Source: an uncultured virus (IMG/VR IMGVR_UViG_3300011334_000503) (Duplodnaviria; Heunggongvirae; Uroviricota; Caudoviricetes). From it: a DNA stretch of 64,000 nucleotides. Made by a program: the position numbers and the translations under genes. Below, piece by piece: positions 45,365 to 55,157 of this stretch (the stretch's first letter is position 1; each line of letters opens with the position of its first letter). The stretch lies in IMG/VR virus record IMGVR_UViG_3300011334_000503. The stretch is one strand, 5' to 3'. The notes below the pieces were generated by a model, which saw only the letters and a program-made list of their open reading frames with translations, did no database searches and had not been told where the DNA came from.

Positions 45365-45372
45365 CAAATGTA
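45365..45372 (-). promoter_or_regulatory. Bacteroidota-type -7 promoter box (TACATTTG)
   Basis: TAnnTTTG about 17 nt upstream of ATG 45348. Confidence 0.55.
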
Positions 45373-45403
45373 ATTAAAATTTTTTACACTGTTGTATTTA
45401 TCT

Positions 45404-45658
45404 TTATGGTAGTACTATATATTCTGGCATTGGGGATTGAGATTCTGGGTTATAGTTGTCTATAGCCTCTTTTATGATAGCATCCACTATAGCCTGCGCT
45501 TCTTCTTTTTCTATTTTATTAGCACCAACCCTAAGTGCCCATGCTGTGTTCTCAGTCACCCAAATGTTCCCTGGATAGTTTGCTACATGAGCTGATTCAT
45601 TTTCTTGATGAGTAACAAATCCATCTGTTCCTGGATTTTCAATTTGATAATAATTCAT
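45404..45658 (-). CDS. small acidic protein, possible fibre chaperone
   Basis: 84 aa ORF directly after the large fibre gene. Confidence 0.55.
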   Translation of the reverse strand: MNYYQIENPGTDGFVTHQENESAHVANYPGNIWVTENTAWALRVGANKIEKEEAQAIVDAIIKEAIDNYNPESQSPMPEYIVLP

Positions 45659-45675
45659 ACGTTTTATTTTTTATT

Positions 45676-48600
45676 TTATGCTAATCTGATTAATACAAAA
45701 CTTCCGCTTCTATAAAGACCTCCAAGAGGTACTCCTCCAGCTGCTGCTGCAGTATCATCTGCGAAATTTAAACTTGAAGAAACACTTTGTAGAGTTATAA
45801 CTCCGGTATTCTCAGAGTGATCAAAAGATGTTATTGATACTCCAGTATAAGCTTCTGTACAAGATACTGCAGTTGGAGTAGCTCCTCCAAAAGCTAATGT
45901 AGCTCCAGAATTGCCCTCTCCAGCTAATGTAAATCTAGCGGTTATCATTGATGAAAGACTACTCCAAGTAGTTCCGTTATACAATTCAGTGATTGCGGTT
46001 GTAACCGGGGTAGCACCTCCAAAAGCTATAGCAGAATTTTGCAATCCTGAGGCAGCTAATTGATTTCTACCTGTTATTAACGATGCCTTCGTGCTCCAAG
46101 AAGTTCCATCATAAAATTCAGTAGAAGCGCCAGCACCGCCGATGGCTAACGCAGCATTTTGTGTTCCTGCAGCAGCTAATTGACTCGATCTACTAGTAAT
46201 TAATGAAGCTGCTGCGGACCATACATTTCCATCATACTTTTCCGTAGCTGTGTAAGTTGGATATCCTCCAATAGCTAGTGCGGCGTTTTGTGTTCCAGTT
46301 CCTGCATGTCTAGCTCTAACAGTTATAAGAATATTTTTAGAGACCCAATAAGATCCGTTAAACGCTTCTGTACATCTTGAGCTACTTAATCCACCAGTAG
46401 TACCACCAAAAGATAGAGCTGCGTTTTGAGTTCCTGCTCCGGCTCCCGTATTTGTTGCATTTATAGTTGGATTTGTCAATGACCAAGTTGATCCGTTGTA
46501 TTGCTCAGTGCAAATTACGCCTCCTGAAAAAACTAACGCAGCATTTTGAGTTCCTGCTCCTACTACACCTCCTCTGGCTACTATCGTTGCTGATCTTGTT
46601 GACCAAGCTCCGCCTATTGGATTAAGATACGAAAGTTTTACTGAACCTGTAGATTCTAGACCTAGATTTGTTCTTATACTTCCTGATGTGGATATAGAGT
46701 TTAAAGACTGTAAATTTCCTACGATAGAAGTATCTCCTACTAAAGTTGAACTTCCAGTTACTACCAAATTTCCAGTATCTTTAGAGTATGAAAAAGTTCT
46801 TAGGGCTGATCCTTCGTAATTTTCCACCGTGGCTACTACAGTTGGCGTAGAGCCTCCAAAAGCTAATGCTGATATAGACGTGCCAGTTCCACCTAAGCCT
46901 GATTTAGAAGCTATCATAGGCGATACCGAATTCCAATTTATTCCGTTATAAGTTTCGGTACTAGATAAAAGACATCCTCCAAAATATAACGCAGAGTTTT
47001 GAACTCCTGAACCGCCCGAATTATTTCTGTTCGATAAAGTTGAGGCTACCGTTGACCATGTAGTTCCGTTGTATGCTTCTGTACATCTAACGAAAGCTCC
47101 GCCTGCGCCGCCAAAAGATAGCGCGGCGTTTTGAGTTCCTGCTCCAGCGTGAGATTCAACAGCATTATTTAGTGCTCCTGTGGCTGTCCACGTAGTTCCA
47201 TCAAATCTTTCTGTACATGCTGAAGTTGCGCCTGTATATCCTCCAAAAGCTAACGCCGCATTTTGTGTTCCAACCGCGGAGTGACGAGCTCTTAGATTTA
47301 TCAATACAGTACTTGTAGCCCAAGAAGTTCCGTTGTACTTTTCAACGCAACTAGATCTACTTAATCCACTAGTTACTCCTCCTGTGACCAAAGTAGCATT
47401 TTGAGTTCCGTTACCACTTAGAGACAGCCTTGGTACAATTCCAGCTGGACCTGATGACCACGAAGATCCGTTATATAATTCTGTACATGCTACTTGAGCT
47501 GGAGTACCTCCTGCGTACGCGATTGTGGAATCTCTTACTCCTGCGCCTGCTAAACCAGTTCTTGCCGTTATCATCGAAGTTCTAGCTGACCAAGTTCCTC
47601 CAACAGGTTGTAAGTATCCCATAGATACCGAACCTGATGTTGCAAAAGAGCTTAGCACAGAGATGTCTCCTGTTTCTTGAGAGTAATCGAAAGTTTGTAC
47701 TACATTAGGACCTGTGTAAGCTTCTGTGTTATTTGATGGTCCGTTTCCTCCGAAAGCTAAGGTTGATGCTGCACTTTGATTAGCTCCTCCTATATTACAC
47801 CTTGAGGTGATCATGCTAGTGGTAACTTGCCAAGTTGTTCCATTGTAATATTCAACGCAAGTGCAAGTTTGATATTGTGGGGCTCCACCAAAAGCCAGAC
47901 CATTATTCTGTCTTCCTGATCCGGCGTGGCCTCTTCTATTAGCTATCATAGCAGTTCCAGCACTCCAAGAAGTTCCATTATATATTTCTGTGCAAGTTGT
48001 ACTTGCTCCTGAAAATCCTCCTGCTGATACTGCTGAATTTTGTAGTCCAAATGTCGCAGCGCAGAGTATAGCGTTTATTCTTGCGCTTCTTGCAGACCAC
48101 GTAATTCCATCGTAAGCTTCAGTGCAAGTTCTAATACTTGGAGCTGTGTATCCTCCAAAACCTAAAGCAGAATTTTGTAATCCAACTCCTCCAAGTTGTG
48201 ATCTATTAGAAGCCATAGTTGCTGCAGCTGACCAAGCGATTCCATTATATCTTTCTGAGCTGCCTACTCCAAAGCTTAAAGCTGAGTTTTGTAATCCAGC
48301 TGCAGCTCCAGATGATCCTCGCAAAGTAATCATCGGAGAAACTGAACTCCATGCGAGTCCAGTAAAAGCTTCTACGCAATTGCTTGTAGATGTACTAGTA
48401 GTAGCAGGTGCTGCGCCTGCTAGTGATAATGCAGCGTTTTGAGTTCCTACTCCAGTTGGGCCGTTTTTAGTAGTAGTAAGTCCTGATCTTGTACTCCAAG
48501 TTCCATTTACAGCTGTTCGATAAGAGAAATTTAAAGGTCCTACACTAGTTAAAGGACCTTGAATATTTACTTCTGTAAGGTAAGTAGATCCACTTGAAGC

Positions 48601-50115
48601 TAAAATTCCTCCTACATATGTAGCTCCTCCATCTCCGCCTAATGTAGTGCTTCCACTTAATTCTGTATTTCCTGTATCTCTAGAGTATAACTTAGTTTTT
48701 CTAAAAGATCCATTATAAGCTTCTACAGTGTTACAATACACAGTAGGAAAAGGACTAGTGGTTCCTCCAAAAACTAAAGCGCTTGTACTTATTCCTGCTC
48801 CACCTGCAACAACTTTTGCTCCTTGAACTAAGTTAGACAGTATTGACCAAGTTTGTCCATTAAAACACTCAGCATTATTATAAGCTCCATATTCTGCTCC
48901 AGATCCCATTCCTATAGCTGCATTTTGTGTTCCTGCTCCAGCTATTCCTGCTATTGTACCACCTCTTGCTAATACACATCCCGAAGACCATGTAATGCCA
49001 TTATATAATTCAGTGCATGTTAAGGCTCCTTGTCCTGAAAAGGCTAAAGCTGCGTTTTGTAAACCTGCTGATCCCATACTAGATCTAGCTGAGATTAAAG
49101 CAGAAACAGCTGACCACGTAGTTCCGTTATAGGCTTCTGTGCAAGTTCTTTGTGTTGGAGATAAATATCCTCCAAAAGCTAAAGCAGCGTTTTGAGTTCC
49201 TACTCCACCTATGCCAAATCTACCTGTGATCATTGTATTTCCAGCAGACCAAGAGGTTCCGTTATATTTTTCGGTCTGATTAGCAGCTCCAAAAGCAATC
49301 GCAGAGTTTTGAGTGCCTCCTCCTGCAAGTCCACATCTTCCAGCAATCATTGCTGCTCTTGCAGACCAAGCTAGTCCATTAAAAGCTTCGGTTAAATTCG
49401 TAGCTACAGCGGGGCCTGCCCATCCTCCGAAAGCTAAAGTTTCTTTTTGAGTTCCTGCGCCTGCTAATTGGTTTCTACCAGTTATTAAATTAGGTTGAAC
49501 AGAAAAAGCTCCCCCCATAGTTTGTAGATACGCAAAATCTACAGCTCCTGATACAATTAGGCTTCCAGTTATTATTGCAGATCCTGAGAAAGGAAACGGA
49601 TTTGGAGCATTTATGACATTTAACGCAATTGTTGCGAAAGATGCAGTTACTGCAGTTGACGAGGATAAAGCCAGAGAAGCTGTCGCTACGGATCCAAATA
49701 TATTTCCGGCCACTGTTAAAGATCCTGAAACTATTGCGCTTCCTGATATATTTAAAGATCCGCTAAAAGTAGAGGTTCCGATAGATCTCAAAGACCCAGA
49801 GTTAACAAAGGAGCCTGTAAACTCCATCGTGTCTGCTGCTATCTCTATTATATCTCCGTCTATAGATACAACGTCTCCAGAAACATCTAAGACGCTTCCA
49901 GTTGCGCTGTACAGACTTAAAGATCCAGTTAAAGCAATTGACCCAGAGTTTTGAGCTCCGGTAGTTATTGCTGATTGGATTGTGTCTGATCCTGAACCAG
50001 ACTTACGTAAGAATATCCGTCCGTCTGGCACGTTTAAGGCCAGTTCTCCTGGGACTAGGGAAGCTGTTGTAGGTAGCGATCCTGAAGTTAAACTTCTTTT
50101 TAATTGTATTGGCAT
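45676..50115 (-). CDS. large fibre/appendage protein with four Kelch-like beta-propeller modules
   Basis: N-terminal IQLKRS...GELALN anchor; about 24 repeats of R..LAGAGTQNAALAFGG...CTE.YNG..W; C-terminal FADDTAAAAGGVPLGGLYR. Confidence 0.8.
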   Translation of the reverse strand: MPIQLKRSLTSGSLPTTASLVPGELALNVPDGRIFLRKSGSGSDTIQSAITTGAQNSGSIALTGSLSLYSATGSVLDVSGDVVSIDGDIIEIAADTMEFTGSFVNSGSLRSIGTSTFSGSLNISGSAIVSGSLTVAGNIFGSVATASLALSSSTAVTASFATIALNVINAPNPFPFSGSAIITGSLIVSGAVDFAYLQTMGGAFSVQPNLITGRNQLAGAGTQKETLAFGGWAGPAVATNLTEAFNGLAWSARAAMIAGRCGLAGGGTQNSAIAFGAANQTEKYNGTSWSAGNTMITGRFGIGGVGTQNAALAFGGYLSPTQRTCTEAYNGTTWSAVSALISARSSMGSAGLQNAALAFSGQGALTCTELYNGITWSSGCVLARGGTIAGIAGAGTQNAAIGMGSGAEYGAYNNAECFNGQTWSILSNLVQGAKVVAGGAGISTSALVFGGTTSPFPTVYCNTVEAYNGSFRKTKLYSRDTGNTELSGSTTLGGDGGATYVGGILASSGSTYLTEVNIQGPLTSVGPLNFSYRTAVNGTWSTRSGLTTTKNGPTGVGTQNAALSLAGAAPATTSTSTSNCVEAFTGLAWSSVSPMITLRGSSGAAAGLQNSALSFGVGSSERYNGIAWSAAATMASNRSQLGGVGLQNSALGFGGYTAPSIRTCTEAYDGITWSARSARINAILCAATFGLQNSAVSAGGFSGASTTCTEIYNGTSWSAGTAMIANRRGHAGSGRQNNGLAFGGAPQYQTCTCVEYYNGTTWQVTTSMITSRCNIGGANQSAASTLAFGGNGPSNNTEAYTGPNVVQTFDYSQETGDISVLSSFATSGSVSMGYLQPVGGTWSARTSMITARTGLAGAGVRDSTIAYAGGTPAQVACTELYNGSSWSSGPAGIVPRLSLSGNGTQNATLVTGGVTSGLSRSSCVEKYNGTSWATSTVLINLRARHSAVGTQNAALAFGGYTGATSACTERFDGTTWTATGALNNAVESHAGAGTQNAALSFGGAGGAFVRCTEAYNGTTWSTVASTLSNRNNSGGSGVQNSALYFGGCLLSSTETYNGINWNSVSPMIASKSGLGGTGTSISALAFGGSTPTVVATVENYEGSALRTFSYSKDTGNLVVTGSSTLVGDTSIVGNLQSLNSISTSGSIRTNLGLESTGSVKLSYLNPIGGAWSTRSATIVARGGVVGAGTQNAALVFSGGVICTEQYNGSTWSLTNPTINATNTGAGAGTQNAALSFGGTTGGLSSSRCTEAFNGSYWVSKNILITVRARHAGTGTQNAALAIGGYPTYTATEKYDGNVWSAAASLITSRSSQLAAAGTQNAALAIGGAGASTEFYDGTSWSTKASLITGRNQLAASGLQNSAIAFGGATPVTTAITELYNGTTWSSLSSMITARFTLAGEGNSGATLAFGGATPTAVSCTEAYTGVSITSFDHSENTGVITLQSVSSSLNFADDTAAAAGGVPLGGLYRSGSFVLIRLA

Positions 50116-50143
50116 GTCTTATATAAATATCTGGTTAGGTTAA

Positions 50144-50173
50144 TTAGTATATTGAGTAGTATGAGTTTATGTT
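50144..50173 (-). pseudogene. orphan 3' gene end encoding NINSYYSIY*
   Basis: Near-identical to the 3' ends at 51107, 55158 and 56556, but lies in intergenic DNA behind two stop codons. Confidence 0.65.
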
Positions 50174-50206
50174 TTTATAGATTAGAAGATAGCGTTAGTG
50201 TTGTAA

Positions 50207-51103
50207 TTAAAAAACATTATAATATGTATTTGTATTGCTAACTATTCCTGTTCTATTACTTAATTGGTCAGTTTTGTAAATTACAACTTCTGCAAATTTA
50301 GCAAATGATGAAGCATTAAAATATTTGCCTAAAAAAGCAAAACTTGTTGGATTAGGTGAATAACTTTGTGGAGCAATTGTAAATGCATTATTATTTTGGT
50401 AAATATAATAATTTGTAGAATTAACGATACCATTGAAAATTGTGTAATTACTAGTATTATAATTAGTTGTACAATACACCCAATTATAAGATCCATTTAA
50501 TCCTCCACCTAATGCAAGAGTTGGAGCGTCAGTACTATTATAACTACCAAAAACAACAGTAGGCGCGCCTGAACCACCTAAAATTGGTCCAATTTGTGAT
50601 GTTGAATCACCTTTTGCAGTCATAAAGATACTCATATTGGTATTAACTGGACCTATAGGAGTAGTAAAATTCAAAGCAGTGCCATCAAATTTAATAACAG
50701 GTTTTGAGTTTTGCGTTTGTAATACACTTGAAATGATTATTTTAGGCGCATTATTTACATTTAGTTCGGTTGCATTATTTCCATTTCCACTTTGGTCGTA
50801 CCAAATTGTAACATATCCAGTATTTGCACCAATAAATGTTTGTAATGTTGTGATATCTAAAACATTATTAACAAAACCAATATCTAAAGTTGGAGTTCCA
50901 ACACCTGATGATACAACACGTATTGCTGCACCAGTATAAGCAGTTCTTAATTTTCTTAATGAGTATGCAGCTTCTGCGCTTGGATATGCATCTAATAATA
51001 ATGGAGGTGGAGGAGTGACACTAGCCTGAAATCTTCCTCCAAAAGATCCTCCTCTAAGAGTAAATACTCCTCCTTGTCCTGTGCCAGTTAGTGTTAGTGC
51101 CAT
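50207..51103 (-). CDS. lectin-like (GH54 arabinofuranosidase-B/ConA-fold-like) virion protein, paralog 1
   Basis: LLLDAY..A.AAYSLRKLRTAYTG.AIRV, WYDQSGNGN, KPVIKF. Confidence 0.7.
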   Translation of the reverse strand: MALTLTGTGQGGVFTLRGGSFGGRFQASVTPPPPLLLDAYPSAEAAYSLRKLRTAYTGAAIRVVSSGVGTPTLDIGFVNNVLDITTLQTFIGANTGYVTIWYDQSGNGNNATELNVNNAPKIIISSVLQTQNSKPVIKFDGTALNFTTPIGPVNTNMSIFMTAKGDSTSQIGPILGGSGAPTVVFGSYNSTDAPTLALGGGLNGSYNWVYCTTNYNTSNYTIFNGIVNSTNYYIYQNNNAFTIAPQSYSPNPTSFAFLGKYFNASSFAKFAEVVIYKTDQLSNRTGIVSNTNTYYNVF

Positions 51104-51106
51104 TCG

Positions 51107-51973
51107 TTAATATATTGAGTAGTATGAGTTGATATTTGAGTTTATTCCTGTTCTATTTAAAGTTTGATCATTCGTGTATATGATAATTTCTACCGCATAA
51201 CCATTACTTATGCCTGTTCCATTGTAGTTACCAATACTATTAATCGTCGTATTTGTTGAACCAAAAGCTAATTCTCCTGTTAGTGTGTATGCTATATTGT
51301 TTTTATAAGCTGACATTCCACTAGGATTAGTATATCCTTCTAAAATACAAAACGTAGTGCTAGAGTCTGCTGCAGATCTATAAAATCCTGAAGCACCAGT
51401 GACTCTCTGAATATAGAAATTATTGTCATTAGCTTGTCCAATAAATGCTCCACCTCCTGTACTAGATATAATTATACTTGTACCAGCAGATTTTTTTTGT
51501 ACCATATACAAGCTTAAATTCCCGGTAGCTATAATAGGAGTATATGTGTAGAATATTCCTCCACCATAAAAATCTATAATAGGTTTTCCATTTTGATAGG
51601 TTATAACCCCTGCATTTACTATTCTTCCTTGAATTGCAGTAGTTGCTTGAACTGCATTATTAGCGTTACCGCTTTGATCATACCAAGTAGTTACAAATCC
51701 ACTATTAGCTCCAGTAAAAGTTAATAGAGACGCAGTGTCTAATTCATTATTAACGAATCCAATATTTTGTTCAGCATTATCATTAGATCTTCTCACTCTT
51801 ATAGCACTTCCGGTATATGTAGAAGATATTTTTCTTAAGCTGTATCCAACTGAAGCTCCAGGATAAAGAGAAAGTAGTAAAGGAACTACATATCTAGCCT
51901 TAAAACCTCCAGTAGAGTTTCCAGAGACCTTTAGTCTTCCGTTTAATCCAGTATTTGATATTAGTATTGGCAT
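51107..51973 (-). CDS. lectin-like virion protein, paralog 2
   Basis: YSLRKI...IRVRRSNDNAEQNIGF...WYDQSGN...NINSYYSIY. Confidence 0.7.
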   Translation of the reverse strand: MPILISNTGLNGRLKVSGNSTGGFKARYVVPLLLSLYPGASVGYSLRKISSTYTGSAIRVRRSNDNAEQNIGFVNNELDTASLLTFTGANSGFVTTWYDQSGNANNAVQATTAIQGRIVNAGVITYQNGKPIIDFYGGGIFYTYTPIIATGNLSLYMVQKKSAGTSIIISSTGGGAFIGQANDNNFYIQRVTGASGFYRSAADSSTTFCILEGYTNPSGMSAYKNNIAYTLTGELAFGSTNTTINSIGNYNGTGISNGYAVEIIIYTNDQTLNRTGINSNINSYYSIY

Positions 51974-52578
51974 TAGTATGTGCCTCCGTCTATGTTTATT
52001 GATCCTGATACTGAGAAAGATCCGGTAACCGTATGAGCGTCTGTGATAACATTTCCTAGATTAACTCCTGTAGTCTGAACTAATAATTCGTTATTAAAAA
52101 CGCTTACGCTTCCAGAGACAGATAGGGATCCGCTTATTACAGCGCTTCCTGAGAAAGGAAATCCATTAGTTGAATAGGAAGAAGTAACAGCAAAGCTTGA
52201 GCTTACTGCTCTGCTTGCTGTTCCAAACAAACTTCCTGTGATATCAGTTGCGGTTAACCTACCTATGATAGTAGTTGATCCAGAAACAGAGAAACTTCCA
52301 GTAAACTCCATTTGGTCTCCGTTAAACTCTAAGGTATCGCTCGCTACAGATAAGGCGCTTCCAGAGGTAGAGAAAATCGTTAAAGATCCGCTCAATACTA
52401 CAGATCCAGAGTTTTGTGCTCCAGTAGTTATTGCAGATTGGATCGTATCCGATCCGGATCCGGACTTTCTTAAAAAGACTCTACCGTCAGGAACATTTAT
52501 TCCTAACTCTCCTGCTAGCAATGATGCAGTAGTTGGGAGTACTCCTGCAACTAAACTTCTTTTCTGAAATATTGGCAT
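51973..52578 (-). CDS. short fibre protein sharing its N-terminal anchor with 45676..50115
   Basis: MPIFQKRSL...GELGINVPDGRVFLRKSGSGSDTIQSAITTGAQNSGS; ends IDGGTY. Confidence 0.75.
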   Translation of the reverse strand: MPIFQKRSLVAGVLPTTASLLAGELGINVPDGRVFLRKSGSGSDTIQSAITTGAQNSGSVVLSGSLTIFSTSGSALSVASDTLEFNGDQMEFTGSFSVSGSTTIIGRLTATDITGSLFGTASRAVSSSFAVTSSYSTNGFPFSGSAVISGSLSVSGSVSVFNNELLVQTTGVNLGNVITDAHTVTGSFSVSGSINIDGGTY

Positions 52579-52588
52579 GGTATATTAA

Positions 52589-52987
52589 TTAAGCTTGTGG
52601 TAATTCTTCTGGAACTGGAAACCATCCGTCTGCTTCTAACTCTTCTTTTGTTTTTACTTGAACGTAAGAAGGTAAGATTTCTCTAAATGGAATGTGACTT
52701 GCCCCGTCTATTGATTGGGTGATTATTGAGATCTCCTCAGCAGTGGCTGCGGGATTGAGTAGGGATATTAGAGCGGTCAAGTCTTTGTCGGGGTGAACAT
52801 AGATAGAGTAATCAAGATCTACTTGAAGAGCGTAAAGGTCTTCTTTGTTTGTCCACCCAAACAGATACATTGATACGTCGTCTGGTTGGTTTACTGGCTT
52901 GCTGATTTTGAATAGCTCTCTTGAGAACTGTTCACATCTTTCTTGTGATGTTAGTGTTTCTGAGGCGTTTACGATTATGTAATTCAT
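52589..52987 (-). CDS. acidic hypothetical protein, possible fibre chaperone
   Basis: 132 aa ORF ending EELEADGWFP. Confidence 0.6.
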   Translation of the reverse strand: MNYIIVNASETLTSQERCEQFSRELFKISKPVNQPDDVSMYLFGWTNKEDLYALQVDLDYSIYVHPDKDLTALISLLNPAATAEEISIITQSIDGASHIPFREILPSYVQVKTKEELEADGWFPVPEELPQA

Positions 52988-53006
52988 GTCTTTATTTTTT
53001 ATTATT

Positions 53007-55157
53007 TTATACTTGTCTTCCTAGTGTTATTTGAAATGTTTGTACTGCCGTATAAAAATCTGCTGCTTGTGTGTTTGTTAATCCATCACCAATAGAGGCA
53101 AAAGCAACTTCGCGAGTAGTATATTGGGATGGAGTGTTATTATTACTTAATGCCATTAAATAAATATTAGCATTAATTAAAGCAACTGAATTTGATGATA
53201 TTGGTGTAATAGTTGAATTGTTAACGTTTATTTTTGCTGTTGATGACGACCTACTACCCAATCTAAATCCTCTTGAATCAGTAATAGTTATAGAACTATT
53301 GTTTTCATCATGTAGTCTTGTATATTGCGTATTACCACTAGTACGAGAATAAATAGTAATAGCAGAACTACTACCATTATAATTACCAATATCGCAATTA
53401 TCGGCTTGTACGTTTGTTCTTAAATAGACTGAAACATGTAGATTATCTAGACCTAAATGAACTGATGAATTTAGATTTGTATTCATGTATCCAGTTGTAC
53501 CATTACTAGTAACTCCAGTACTTGCATAAGTAAGAGTACCGTTAAATGTTCCAGTAAAATCACTACTTTTTAAGTTTTGAGCACAAGCAGCGGCACTTGC
53601 TCCTACCATTGGATAAACAGCTTTCATTAACGTCCAAATACCTGCTGCCTTCATGCTAATTACTAATTGATTAACTGCGGTTTGTTCTGTTGCACTTAAA
53701 GTTCCACCAGCAGTAGTAACTCTACTAATAAAAGCTAGCACATCAGTATCAGTTGGATAAATTGTGTAGTATGAGTTTATATTGTTTCTAATTCCGCTTA
53801 AGCTAGAGTATTTGTCATTGTTATATGCTATAAGTTCTTGAAGATGTCCAACATAAGTTTCACCAAGACCAGATGGACTATATCTACCGATGTACTGATT
53901 TGTTGTATTACCTGCTAAAGCTCTTGAAGTATCAGTAACAGTTACTACATTATTATTATTCGTGGCTAAATAGTTGGTTGGAGTTCCTGAAATACTGTTG
54001 TCTGCAAAACTTGCTATCAATGTTTGACTTCCATAAGCTAAGTATCCTGAACTTTTCGGACTATTAAGATAGGTTCCCCATTGATTTGTGGGGTCTATAT
54101 TACCATATAGCAGATTCATTATTCTAGCATTCGCAGGTGTAAAACTATATAATGTTTTTCCGGATGATGGAGAGTAGCTTCTAATAACTCCGATCATTGC
54201 GCTATACCCAGAGCTAACGCCTAAAGAATGTTGAAAAGCTGTGTAACCATATATAAGATTAAAAAATATAGAAGGTTTTGAGTTAGTCACGTAAATTCCT
54301 CCATAATTTGAAATCATAGGTTGATCTCCTGCTACTGTTTGAGTTGCGTGTCTTCCGTTTCCTGATTGGTCATACCATGTAGTTACATGCAATCTTGGAC
54401 TGCTTGTAGCTGTTGATATCGTTTTTACATAATTTCTTAAAAGACCAGCATTAAGTTGAACTCCCCAAACAAAAACAGACCCTGTGGTTCCAGTTGAATC
54501 ATTTGCTATTGCTGGGCTTTGTATATCTGCGGTTTCAGGAGTCGGTATATTAAAAGTATAACTATATCTAGTCCAAGAAGTTGTTGTTGTTATGTCTGGG
54601 CTAAATAATTCATTATTGGTGGGAAATGATACAGAATTTATTTTAAATCTAAATTTTGATTTCGTATCTGATTTTACCCACGCGCTAAGAGTATAACTGT
54701 TAAACCCTATTGAATTAATCGCATTTGGACCTAAGTTCATGTACATTTGAGAATTAACAAAAGCCGCAAAATTCACTCTATCAGCTGTATTTCCTCCTAT
54801 TGGATCTGTAGTAACATTGGCATTTACTGTAGCACTGTTAAAGGAAGTCCAATTATCTAATTCTTCAGAATGTTTAGTTAAGTTAGAATCGCCTATAAGC
54901 GCAATCATTGAGTCTATATCCAAAGTTTGACCTATGAATCCAATATCTTGTTCTAAATTATCGGAACTTCTTCTAACTCTGATAGCTGGACCAGAATACG
55001 TCTTGCTTAACTTTCTCAAAGAGTATGCAGCTCCAGCATTAGTATAAGAATCTAAGAATAGTGGTTCTATCATAGAAGTAGTCATAAGACCTCCACGACC
55101 TAGATTTCTAAATCTTACTACTGAACCTTGACCGCTATTTGTTATCGTTATTCCCAT
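53007..55157 (-). CDS. lectin-like virion protein, paralog 3, with inserted beta-sandwich and extra C-terminal domain
   Basis: AYSLRKL...WYDQSGNG core; insert YTLSAWVK...WTRYSYTF...WGVQL; tail DTDVLAFISRV...FQITLGRQV. Confidence 0.7.
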   Translation of the reverse strand: MGITITNSGQGSVVRFRNLGRGGLMTTSMIEPLFLDSYTNAGAAYSLRKLSKTYSGPAIRVRRSSDNLEQDIGFIGQTLDIDSMIALIGDSNLTKHSEELDNWTSFNSATVNANVTTDPIGGNTADRVNFAAFVNSQMYMNLGPNAINSIGFNSYTLSAWVKSDTKSKFRFKINSVSFPTNNELFSPDITTTTSWTRYSYTFNIPTPETADIQSPAIANDSTGTTGSVFVWGVQLNAGLLRNYVKTISTATSSPRLHVTTWYDQSGNGRHATQTVAGDQPMISNYGGIYVTNSKPSIFFNLIYGYTAFQHSLGVSSGYSAMIGVIRSYSPSSGKTLYSFTPANARIMNLLYGNIDPTNQWGTYLNSPKSSGYLAYGSQTLIASFADNSISGTPTNYLATNNNNVVTVTDTSRALAGNTTNQYIGRYSPSGLGETYVGHLQELIAYNNDKYSSLSGIRNNINSYYTIYPTDTDVLAFISRVTTAGGTLSATEQTAVNQLVISMKAAGIWTLMKAVYPMVGASAAACAQNLKSSDFTGTFNGTLTYASTGVTSNGTTGYMNTNLNSSVHLGLDNLHVSVYLRTNVQADNCDIGNYNGSSSAITIYSRTSGNTQYTRLHDENNSSITITDSRGFRLGSRSSSTAKINVNNSTITPISSNSVALINANIYLMALSNNNTPSQYTTREVAFASIGDGLTNTQAADFYTAVQTFQITLGRQV

